The position numbers were made by a program, and so were the translations under genes. The notes beneath the pieces were generated by a model that saw nothing but the letters and a program-made list of their open reading frames with translations, searched no databases and had not been told where the DNA came from. From Mobula hypostoma (lineage: Eukaryota), in assembly GCF_963921235.1 (NCBI RefSeq), contig NC_086097.1, forward strand, positions 125,242,001 through 125,306,000: 64,000 nt of DNA, written 5' to 3'. This document shows positions 52,988-64,000 of the stretch, piece by piece; the first letter of the stretch is position 1; each line of letters starts with the position of its first letter.

Positions 52988-53104
52988 AAGGAATAGAGTT
53001 ATTCTGTTGCACCTTCTCCTTTAGCCTCTAACCCCTCAGATTACATGCCTCTTTGTCCTGAACAGATGAGGGATGAGAGTCGTTGATCATAACATGTCTG
53101 AAAT

Positions 53105-55150
53105 AGAAGACCATAATAAGACATAGGAGCAGAATTAGGCCATTCAGCCCATTGAGTCTGCTTTGCCATTCCATCAGGGCTGATCCATTCTCTTTCTCAA
53201 ACCCATTCTCCTGCCTTCTCCCCCATAACCTTTGACTCCCTGACTAAACAAGAACCTATCAACCTCTGCTTTAAATATACTCAATGACTTGGCCTTCGCA
53301 TCTGTCTGGCAATGAATTCCACAGATTTAGCTCCCCCTGGCTAAAGAAATTCCTCCTAATCTGTGTTCTAAATGGATGTCCCTCTGGCCCTAGACTCATT
53401 CACTAGAGGAAACATCATCTTCATATCCACTCCATCTCGGCCTTTCAATATTTGATAGGTTTCAATAAGATTTCCCCCCCCCCACCCCCATTCTTCTCGA
53501 GTACAGGCCCAAAGCCATCAAACATGCCTCACACATTAACCCTTTCATTCCCAGGATCATTCTCTTGTGTTTTATCTGGACCCTCTCTAATGCCGGCACA
53601 TCTTTTCTTAGATCAGGTGCCCAAAACTGCTCACAATATTCCAGACCAATGCCTTATAAAGCCTCAGTATTACATCCTTGCTTTTATATTCTGATCTTTA
53701 GAAATGAATGCTAACATTGTATTTGCCTTCCTTACCACCAAATGAGTGAAACTGTAAGTTAATCTTTAGGGAAAACTGCATAAATACTTCCAAGTCCCTG
53801 TATACCTCTGATTTTTTAAATTCTCTCCCTGTTTAGAAAACCTCATTCCTTCTACCAAATGCATGACTATACACTTCGTTACACTATATTTCATCTGCTT
53901 CTTATTTGTCCATTCTCCTAATCTATCAGAGTTCTCTGTAGACTCCCTGCTTCCCCAACACTATCTGCCCCTCCATCTACCTTCATATCATCTGCAAACA
54001 TGGCCACAAAGCCATCAATTCTGTCATCCAAATCATTGATATCTAATGTGAAAAGAAGCTGTCCCAATACTAACCCCTGTAGAATACCATTACTTACCAG
54101 CAGTCAACCAGAAAAGCCCCCCTTTATTCCTATTCTGTGCCTCCTGCCAGTCAGCCAATTTTCTATCCATGGTAGTATCTTTCCTTTAAAGCAGCCTTAC
54201 GTGCAGCAAGGGCTTTCTGAAACAACATTCACTGACTATCCTTTGTCTATCCTGCCTGTTATTTCCTCAGAGAGTTCCAACAGATCCTTAAGGTGCAAGA
54301 ATTCCCCTTAAGGAAACCATGCTGGCTTTGGCCTATTTAATCATGCATCTCCAAGTACTCTGAAATCTCATCATTAATAATGGACTCCGACATCATCCCA
54401 ACCACTGAGGTCAGGCTAACTGACCTATAATTTCCTTTCTTCTGCTTCCCTCCCTTCTTAAAGAGTGGAGTGATATTTGCAATTTTCCAGTCCTCCGGAA
54501 CCATTCCAGACTCTAGTGATTCTTGAAAGATCATTACTAACGTTTCCACAATTACTTCAGCAACCCCTTTCAGAACTCTGGGGTGTAGTCCATCTCGTCC
54601 AGGTGGCTTGTCTATCTTCAGACCTTCCAGCTTCCCAAGCACTTTGTTCTTAGTAATAGCAACTACACTCACTTCTACCCCCTGACACACTTGAACCTCT
54701 GGCATACTGCTAGTGTCCTCCACAGTGAAGACTGATGCAAAATATTTATTAAGTTTGTCCGCTGTTTCTTTGTCTCACTTTACTACCTCTCCAGCATCAT
54801 TTTCCAACAGTCTGATATCCACTCTAGCCTCTCTTTATGTATCTGAAAAAACTGTTGGTATCCACTTTTATATAATGGGCTAGCTTACCTTCGTATTTCA
54901 TCTTTTCTGTCAGAAAGCTTTTTTTTAAGTTGCCTTCTGTTAGTTGTTAAAAGTGCCCCAATCCTCTAACTTCCCACCAATTTTTGCTATATTATGTACC
55001 TTCTCTTTTGCTTTTATGCTGCCTTGGACTTTCCTTGTCACCCACAGTGGCCTTACCCTCCCTTTAGAATACTTCTTCATCTGTGGGATGTATCTATCCT
55101 GTGCCTTCCGAATTGGCCCCAGAAACTCCAACCACTGCTGTTCTGCCGTC
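53105..55150 (-). mobile_element. CR1-like LINE fragment (RT region to 3' end)
   Basis: ORF 54337-54723(-) contains KPPGRDGLHPRVLK...VPEDWKIANITPLFKKG...NYRSVSLTSVVG; tail ataagacataggagc. Confidence 0.88.
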
Positions 55151-56030
55151 ATCTCTCAAAGATGCCTCTGTTTCTCCACACTGCCATTAACCTTGTATTT
55201 TGCCTTCAAATTAACTTTCCAAAGTGATTCACTTCAATATTTTCTCAGCAGATTCACTTCTAAAGCAACTGCTGGCTTCTTCTCCAACTGCAATCCACCA
55301 CTGTCACCTCTCCCACCCCTGCACAGCTCACTCAACTGGTGCAGACTCCTGTTTTGCAGGGATAGTGTAGCATAGCGGTTTGCGCAGAATTTTACAGTGC
55401 ACGAGCCTGGAGATCAGGGTTAGATTCCTGTCGCTGTCTGTAAGGAGTTTTTACGTTTTCCCCATTACACCGTGGGTTTCCTCTGGGTGCTCTGGTTTCT
55501 TCCCATATTCCAAAGATGTACAGGTTAGGGTTACTAAGTTGTGGGCGGGCTGTGTTGGCACAGAAAGCTTGCTGGAAGAACTCACAGGTCAGGCAGCATC
55601 GATGGAAAAGAATAAAGACCTGGCGTTTCAGGCCAAGATCCTTTATCAGGGCTGCCTCCAACACATCCTCGCTGATCTGATTTGATGCAAATGCTGCATT
55701 TCATCCTATGTTTTGATGTTTCAATGTACATGTGTTAAATAAGCAGTGACAGCTTATTTTAACTCATAATGTCAGGGACCCCCTGACGTGTTCAGCAAAT
55801 GAACGGAGTGAATTTTCACTTAGAGCTGGCCGGTTTCTTGAATGATCTAAACGAGGTAGAAGCAGGAAGCTGGTGCACTGTCTGGGTGGGAATGAATCAT
55901 CCTGGGTCAAAAATACACTTCTATTTTTGTACCCATTTCAAGAACTCCCGGGCCAAGTGGAGACTCTTAATGCAATTAATAAAAATTCTTGTCAGGTCAC
56001 TATATCTCCACAGACAAGTGGAGCGTTCTC

Positions 56031-56255
56031 AAACAACACACAAAAAATGCTGGAGGAACTCAGCAGGCCAGGCAGCATCTATGGAGAAAAGTATTGTCAA
56101 CATTTCAGCCTGAAACATTGACTGTACTTTTTTCCATAGATGCTGCCTGGCCTGCTGAGTTCCTCCAGCATTTTGTGTGTGTTGCTGTTTTCCATAGATG
56201 CTGCCTGGCTGACTGTACTCTTTTCCAGCATCTGCAGATTTTCTCATTTGTGATG
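56031..56255. mobile_element. PLE-derived near-perfect fold-back insert
   Basis: Arms ~56033-56108 and ~56110-56184 are reverse complements centred on tttcag-c-ctgaaa; a partial third module follows. Confidence 0.85.
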
Positions 56256-57724
56256 GGGTGTTCTCTAAGAACAGGAAAAAAATATTGGTTACAGTCTGAG
56301 GGGTGATGAGAAAGAAAAAGATTGAATTTTAGTTTAAGTCTTGTCATAAGGTGTCCTTTTAAACTGAGCCTGCTCTTTTTTTTGGATCAGTCTGAGGTTA
56401 TCTGAAAGGGCTTAAAGTGCACTGAATTTGTTTACCTGTGTTTGTCCCTTTTATTATTCAGGAACTCTATTCAGTCCCAATGATCAGAACTGTGCCAACT
56501 GTTTAACAACCAATTAATTATATCTTTCTTTATTTACCCAGCCACTAGCCAATCCATCATGTCCTTGCAGCCAGAGTCTTTGAGTCTTTCATTGGTTATA
56601 TACTTCCAAATGATCATTGTGAAGCACAGTCAGATGCCGCTAATGCTTGATTAATGTTTATTCAGTACTCTTTTCACTGAACCAGTTTTAATTAGTTAAA
56701 ACAGATAAATAGATATTTAATCCACACATCAAATCCTGATGAACAGAGGTGCAGATTCTTATTATGTAAAATTTCTCAGTGAATATATAAACATCACGAA
56801 CATACATTTCATAAAATTAGGATATTGCCCCTAATGAATTAGCTTTGGGAGAGAGACACCAACTTCACTCACCTCAACTCTGAAATGATTCCACAACCTA
56901 TGGACTCACTTTTAAGGACTCTTACAAATTATGTTCTCAGTATTATTTTTTTTATTTATTTTGCACAGTGTGTCTGCCTGTGCACATTTGTTGTTTGTCA
57001 GTCTTTGTGTGTAGTTTTTCATCGATTCTATTGTATTTCTTTGTTCTACAATGAATGTCTGTAAGAAAATGAATCTCGGGGTAGTGTATGGTGACATATA
57101 CAGACTGTGATAATAGATTTACTTTAACTCTGAGGGTTTGGTGTCAGAATAAGGTGACACCAATTAAGATTGAGATGAGAAAGAACAGCTTCTCTCAGAG
57201 GATTGTGAGTGGCACACCTTTCCACAGGTCGCTTATGCATATTTAAGGAATGGATTGCAGGAAATGTCTGCAAGTAAATGAATCAAGGTAGTTTATGGTG
57301 ACGTATATGTACTTTGGTAATAAATCACGTTGACTTTGACATTCAGGGTGTTCACAGGGAGCACAGATAGCACAGGGGATGAGTTAAATAAACTAAAACA
57401 CTATTCAATAGTGTTTTCCCTTGTGAGATGTCTGATCTCACACCCCTCAGTCAAGACCTTTGTGTCCCCAGGTTGCTTCTTAAACATCATTAACACCCCG
57501 GATGGAAAACAATACCTATTGGAAGTCTAAAAGTGTGTAAAACAACAAAACTGCTGGAAGTAGGTAGTAGATTGGACGTTCTCCCCATGACCATGTGGGT
57601 TTCCTCTGGGTGCTCCGGGTTCCTCCCACATCCCAAAGACGTACTGGTTAGTGGGTAAATCGGTCACATGGGTGTAGTTGAAGAGTGTGGGCTCATTGGA
57701 CAGGAAGGGCCTATTATTGTACTA

Positions 57725-57938
57725 CACTCAGAGGTCACTGAGTCTGGCACCAACAATTATCCCATGGTCAAAGTCACTTGGATAACATTTCTTCCTCACT
57801 CTGATGTTTGGTCTGAACAACAACTGAACCTCTTGACCACGTCTGCATGCTTTTATGCATTGACTTGCTGCCACATGATTGACTGATTAGATATTTGCAT
57901 TAATGAGCAGGTGCACCTAATGAAGTGGTCACTGAGTG
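57725..57938 (-). mobile_element. Internally deleted Tc1-like MITE
   Basis: TA|cactcagaggtcact ... gaagtggtcactgagtg|TA. Confidence 0.75.
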
Positions 57939-58348
57939 TATACGTACTTTATAAGAAAGGTTGCATAAGTTGGGACTTTAAGAGCATAGAAGAATGAGAC
58001 AAGATTTGACAGCAGTACGCAGAATTATGGTGGGTATAGATACAATAAACACAAGCAGGCATTTTCCACTGAGGTTGGGTGGGTCTAGAACTAAAGGTCA
58101 TAGGTTAAGGGTGAAAGGTGAAATATTTAAAGGGAACCCGAGGAGGAACTTCTTCACTCAGAGGGTGGTGCGAGCTGCCAATGGATGTGGTGGGTATGAT
58201 TTCAATTGCAACAAGTTTGGCTAAGTACGTGTATAGGAGGTATATGGATGACTGTGGTTCTCTAAGACTAGGCAGAATAACAGTTCGGCACAGACAAGAT
58301 GGGCCAAAGGGCCTATTTTTGTGCTGCAGTGCACCATGACTCTGTCAG

Positions 58349-59172
58349 CTGTGGAGTCTGGTTATCTGGGACACATCAGGACCAGGAAATTTTGGCTCAA
58401 TTAACTGGCTGCTTCAATTAGCCAAAATTTCATGGAAATATTTAAAAAGGTATAAAGATAACAAATTACCACTTAACTGAATAGCAAATAATGTACTTAA
58501 ATGAAATTAAAAACAAATTTGAACACTACCAGTACTACTACAGTACTATAAAAATGTGTATTAGTTCCTAATAATTTCCAACAGAGGAATTCATGCAGGG
58601 CACAGTGCTGGGTTCCTTTGATTGACAGTAAATGAGCAAAATCAGCACAGACACCTAGTGCAGATAATGGACTGCCTTCATATAATGCTTTTGACAATTT
58701 CATCCTCCCAATTTTAATTTACATTATAAATTTCAAGATGGTTATCAATACCTTCAAATCCTTCGTAGTTCCTAACTTGTTGAAGTAGTGAAATCATTTC
58801 ATTTTCACTCCCGGCTGTTTCTGGCATCTCCAAGCCTGAAAGCTTCAAACCACAGTGAGCAAAACAGTTTTGAATTGTCTTACTGCTTAGTTCTCATCAA
58901 CTATCAGTAACAAAATTAATTACTGTTTGAACACAAGCACACACAAATGATGCTGTTTAAAAACTATTCACTCTAAGCATGGTGTAGTGTCTAATGGTCA
59001 TACAGGTGCACGTGACTGGCGCTAGTTAGAAACTGTCTGGCAATAGACTTCTGTCCCAATTAACCAGCATGATGTCCCAAATAAAAGAAGGGAATCCCGC
59101 CTATTTTTTTGAGTAGTTTTTCTTCTTTAAGAGTTGTCCCAAATAGATGGTGGCCCTGATTAACCAATGGCC
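58349..59172 (-). mobile_element. Tigger/pogo-like non-autonomous element, copy B
   Basis: Inverted relative to 47630-48320; acidic remnant EFEGIDNHL on the minus strand. Confidence 0.6.
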
Positions 59173-59261
59173 AGGAACATTTATCACCCCTGTAACCATC
59201 AGATTCCTGAACCAGCGTGGATAAATTCACTCACCTCAACACAACTGATTTCACAACCTAT

Positions 59262-59342
59262 GGCCCGAAACGTCGACTGTATCTCTTCCTAGAGATGCTG
59301 CCTGGCCTGCTGCGTTCCACCAGCAATTTTTATGTGTGTTGC
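59262..59342 (+). mobile_element. 81-bp PLE-derived mini insertion (3' half of hammerhead only)
   Basis: ggcccgaaacgtcgactgt...; 11-bp TSD tcacaacctat at 59251-59261 and 59343-59353. Confidence 0.85.
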
Positions 59343-61169
59343 TCACAACCTATACACTCATTTTCAATGACTCAATAACTCACGTTGTCAGTAATATTTA
59401 TTTATTTATTCATTCATTTATCATTATTATCTGTTTCTTTGTAGTTTGTCTTCTTTTGCACATTGGTTGTTTGTTAGCCTTTGTAGTTTTCCATTGATTC
59501 TGTTGTTTTTCTTTGTTCTACTGTGAATGCCTGCAAGAAAATGCATCTCAGGGTAGTATATGGTGACATATATGTACTTTGATAATAAATCACTTTGAAC
59601 TTTGTCTGGTTTTCACTTCTCTATTTTGCTAGTGGTATGTTCAACATCTCGTGGGGTAGGAGGTACAGGAGGCTGAGGTCCCACACCACCAGGTTACAAC
59701 CCACAGGCCCCTGACCCAGTGTGGGTAGCTTCAGTCACCTCAACTCTGAAATGATTCTTCAAACCTACACTTCTAAGAACTTTCTGCAGTTCAGGTTTTC
59801 AGTATTTTAAAACAATTATTTACTCAGTAAGTCTTCTTTTGTACATTGGTTATTGTTCAATCTTTGTTCATGTTGTGAAGTTTTTCGAAAACTCTGTTTC
59901 AATTTTTCTGTAAATGCCTGCAAGAAAATGAACCTCAAGGAAGTATATGACAACATATAGTGTACTTTGTTAATAAATTTTACGTTAACTTTGTTACTTT
60001 CAAGAATTCACCATTTTGTATTCTCCCCAGCACTTGAATGGGATTGCCTTTAGATTCTGAGGACCCTGTTTGCTTTGAATCTTGTTTTCTGTTCAGAACA
60101 TCTTCCTAATTTGCATTAAATTAATGATTTTGCACAGAAAATTACTGTTTTAAGGAAATGTTATTCACAACTTTCTCTGCTAGTAATTGGAGTATGTAAA
60201 TCATAATGTTTATGGCCTTGGCATTACTATTGCTCTCCTCAATAGACTTTCCTGCCACCCTAAGTCTGTTCTCAGTCTTTTTCTAGTTCAGATTTACTAC
60301 TTTCAATCTTACGTATCAACTTCTCATGTTTCACAATATCCTCCTGATCTGTGGAAATCTCACAGAAATCTCCATGACCTTCACCCACATTTGGTGATCT
60401 GCTGCCCTATAGATTTGGGATTCCTACAAGGATTAAGACTTTCCTTTCTAGTTTAAAAGCTCCCTCTTCAGCTAAGCTTCTGGTCATCATGCAATCTTGC
60501 TGTACCTTTTTAGTTTTCAAGTCTTTTAACCACTTCCTTACTATTTAAATTACAGAGATAATTTCTTAGACACAAACACAAACTGATGTAGGATTTCAAC
60601 CTGGAATGTCGGCTTATATTCCTTCCATAGATGCTGCCTGAGTTCCTCAGCATTTTATATTTGTTGCTCTGGATTCCCAGCATCTGCAGAATCTCCTGTG
60701 TTGCTGACAATTTCTTAGTATTAGCTTGTATCTACATATTGTCATGGATTCAGTCTATTGTCAACACAATAGACAATAGGTGCAGGAGTAGGCCATTCAG
60801 CCCTACGAGCCCTACTGTGATCATGGCTGATCGTCCACAATCAGTACCCTTTTCCTGCCTTCTCCCCATATCCCTTGACTCCGCTATCTTTAAGAGCTCT
60901 ATCTAACTCTTTCTTGAAAGAATCTAGAGAATTGGCCTCCACTGCCTTTTGAGACAGAGCATTCCAATGACACAGAATTATTTATCTTTTTAGAGTATCA
61001 GTAAGGATGTGTTTTATTCATTTTCACCACTCCTGTAACTCCTGAAGGCATTGACTCCTTCCTGAGCATATAGTTCAAGGTATTCCCCAATTCTTTATCC
61101 CAGTGATGATGGATATTTTCACTAGATAGCAGGTAACAACCAAAATGAGCCAATTAACCAATGTTAACT

Positions 61170-62050
61170 TCAGAATCAGGTTTATTGTGAGTGAAGTAAG
61201 CCGTGAAATTTGATGTTTTGTGGCAGCAGGTCAATGCAGTCGTAACTAACTACCATAAGTTACCATAAAAAATAAATAGTGCAATAGAGGAATAGAGAGA
61301 CAAGGTTCATTATTTCATGGACTGTTCAGAAATCTGATGGCAGAGGGGAAGAAACTGCTCATTAAATACTGAGAGTGCGTCGTTAGGCTCCTGTAGCTCT
61401 TCCCTGGTAGTGGCAATGAGTAGAGGACGTAATGCAGATGGTGAATGCCCTTCATGTAGGACACCACCTTCTTGAGGCACGGCCTTTTGAAGTTGTTCTC
61501 AATGGTGGGGTATCTTGTGCCCATGATGGAGCTAAATGAGTCCACAACCATCTGAAGCCTCTAATGATACAGTCCATTGGTGGCATCATACCAGACAATG
61601 ATGCAACGGGTCAGAATGTTCTCCGCAATACATCTGCAGAAGTTTGCTAGAACCTTTGGTGCAAGTCTCCTCAAACGTCTAATGAAGTACAGCCACTGGT
61701 GTGCCTTTGCTGTGATTGCATCGATATGTTGGTCCTCTGAGATGCTGTCGCCCAGGAACTGGAAACTGCCCACCCTTTCCACTGCGGCCCCTCAGCTGAG
61801 GATAGGTGCATGTTTTCCAAACCTCCCCTTTCTGAAGTCCACAGTCAGTTGTTGGATCTTGCTGATGTTGAGTGCTAGGTTGCTGTTGCAGCACCTCTCA
61901 ATCAGCCAAAGTGTTTTGCTCTAATACACCTCCTGACCACCTTTTGATTCTGCAATGTCGGCAAATTTACACATGGCATTTGAGCTGTGGTTAGTCACAC
62001 AGTTTTGAACACATAGAGAGTAGAGCAGTGGGCTAAACGTGCATCATTGA
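61170..62050 (-). mobile_element. Rex1/Babar-like LINE 3' fragment
   Basis: Remnants VERVGSFQFLG, WLYFIRRLRR, SSFFPSAIRFLN; tail aataaacctgattctga on the minus strand. Confidence 0.8.
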
Positions 62051-63077
62051 GGGGTCTGTACCTCAGTATTGTCTTCATGCCAACATAGTAGTGGAGATAC
62101 TCTCCGTCACATAGTTCAGCCTCTGAGCAGGAAGTGCTGTGAAGAAAGCACACTGGATATGGGAGCTGGATGCTGGATCATATCTAGTTTGTTTGTTTTC
62201 CAGCCAAAACAAATGGTTGGCTTCAGATAAGCTTTATTTGCGTTGCACTGAGTAAACACCAAAGAAAATGTACTCAGGAAGTTGTAGTCCATGGGAATTA
62301 GTAAGTAGCTTTGCCTTTTTCCAGGGTTAATGGAACCAGGTTCAGGACCAGCTATTACCCTGAAACTTCCTGAACCTGTGTGGATAACCTCACTCCACTT
62401 CAGTGATGAATTGATTCCATGACCTATGGACTAACTTTCAAGGATTCGACCCCCATGTTCTCAGTATTATTTATTTATTGTTGTTTATGATGTGCACAAT
62501 TTATCTTCCTTTGCACATTGTTTTTGTCAGTCTTTGTCTATGTATTGCTTTTAATAAGTTCTATTGTATTTCTTTATTTTCCTGTAAATGCCTGCAAGAA
62601 AATGAATCTCAAGATTACATATAGTAACATATGCATACTTTGATGAATTGACTTTAAATGTTGAACTTTTCCTGGCCTAAATTCAGCTGACATACTGTTA
62701 TCCAGGGACAGGCTGCTTTGTTTGATCATAGGCTCATTCAACCATGGCTAATTTGGTTCAGGTCACTGCCAGAGGTTTCCATTTTTCTTATTTTAAATTG
62801 ATTTTATGGTTACACCTTCCTGACTGTATTTACTCAGTCAGGTATTTTTGTAATTAGTTGACTTCAATTTTTGTTCCGTAGGACTAGCTGTACGATATAT
62901 CAGAGACTGGGTGTAGATTAAACTATCTCTTGTTTTCAGAATACAGTTTTATTATGGGATGAGCAGAGCCAATTGGTTTATGCATAAATTGGCACAGTAT
63001 TCAACTTGTAACTCATTGCTTTAATTATTACTGATCGTTTAAAATCCATCACAGTTGGTGATCGGTAGCCGGCATCT

Positions 63078-63670
63078 AGAGTCATGGAACACTACAGCAC
63101 AGAAACAGGCCCTTCAGCCCATCTAGTCCATGCCAAACTATTACTCTGCCTAGTTCCATCAATCTGCACCCATACCATAGCCCTCCATACCCTGTCCCAT
63201 CCATGTAGTTATCCAATCTCCTTTTAAACGTTGATATCAAACCCGCGTCCAGCACTTCTGCTGGCAGTTCATTTTACACTTACACCACCTCAGGTTCCCC
63301 TTAAATATTTCATCTTTCACCCTTAACCTATAAGCTCTAGCTCTTGTTTCGCCCAACCTCAGTGGAAAAAAAATCTGCTTGTATTTACCCTATCTATATC
63401 CCTCATAACTTTGCATCAAATCTATCAAATCTCTCCTTATTCTCTTATGCTCCAGGGTATGAAGTCCTAACCTACTCAATCTTTCCATATAACTCGGGTC
63501 CTCAAGATCCAACAACACCCTTGTAAATTTTTCTCTGTACTCTTTCGATCTTATTGATATCTTCCCTGTAGGTAGGTGACCAGAACTGCACACAATACCC
63601 CAGATTAGGCCTCACCAATGTAACACCCCAACTCTTATGCTCAATGCATTAATTAATGAAGGCCAATCTA
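63078..63670 (-). mobile_element. CR1-like LINE 3' fragment
   Basis: Remnant FTRVLLDLEDPSYMERLSRLGL; same family as 28465-29100. Confidence 0.8.
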
Positions 63671-64000
63671 GAATTGTTTCTTACAAAAATAAAGTCATAT
63701 TCACTACATATATTAGCTGATCCCTGTGTTACTACAAACGTTTGTAGATATTTTGTGTAAAGCAGATGACAAGTCTTAATGTTTGCAGTTATATGGCCAG
63801 ACACTTAGAGTTTTAAAATGCCAGCAGAGTTAACGCCACTGAGATTATGATGTGTGGCCTGTTAACGTAGTGGTTAGCGTATTGCTTTACAGCACCAGTA
63901 ACCTGGGTTCAATTACTGTCATTGTCCGTAAGGAGTTTGTATGTTCTCCCCGTGACCATGTGAGTTTCTTCTGGGTGGTCTGGTTTCCTCCCTTGTTCGT

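Overview
Eukaryotic (vertebrate) genomic DNA, most likely a cartilaginous fish such as a ray or shark; this is inferred from the repeat landscape, not proven. The window lies entirely inside one + strand gene, grainyhead-like 2 (GRHL2). Four internal coding exons are present: 954-1368, 33586-33641, 37234-37390 and 43293-43404. They have canonical AG/GT boundaries, join in frame, and run from the N-terminal region into the start of the CP2/Grainyhead DNA-binding domain. No further exon was found before the window ends. The introns are mostly decayed transposable elements: CR1-like and Rex1/Babar-like LINE fragments, tRNA-derived SINEs, Tc1, mariner, Tigger/pogo, Harbinger and hAT derivatives, and Penelope-like element (PLE) fragments. 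Almost all ORFs in the supplied track are TE remnants or spurious. The most interesting signal is about 20 dispersed copies of a PLE-derived module carrying a minimal hammerhead ribozyme (GUC-CUGANGA-A-stem II-GAAACGUC-GAC). Several are intact and lie in the sense strand of the GRHL2 pre-mRNA. Some are ~96-bp insertions with their own target-site duplications, and others are fold-back palindromes that turn around inside the ribozyme. Also notable are a three-level nested insertion (Tigger > Harbinger > PLE), a 29/30-bp minisatellite born inside a CR1 LINE, and a SINE with a highly structured 3' domain. Repeat boundaries are approximate unless TIR or TSD evidence is quoted.
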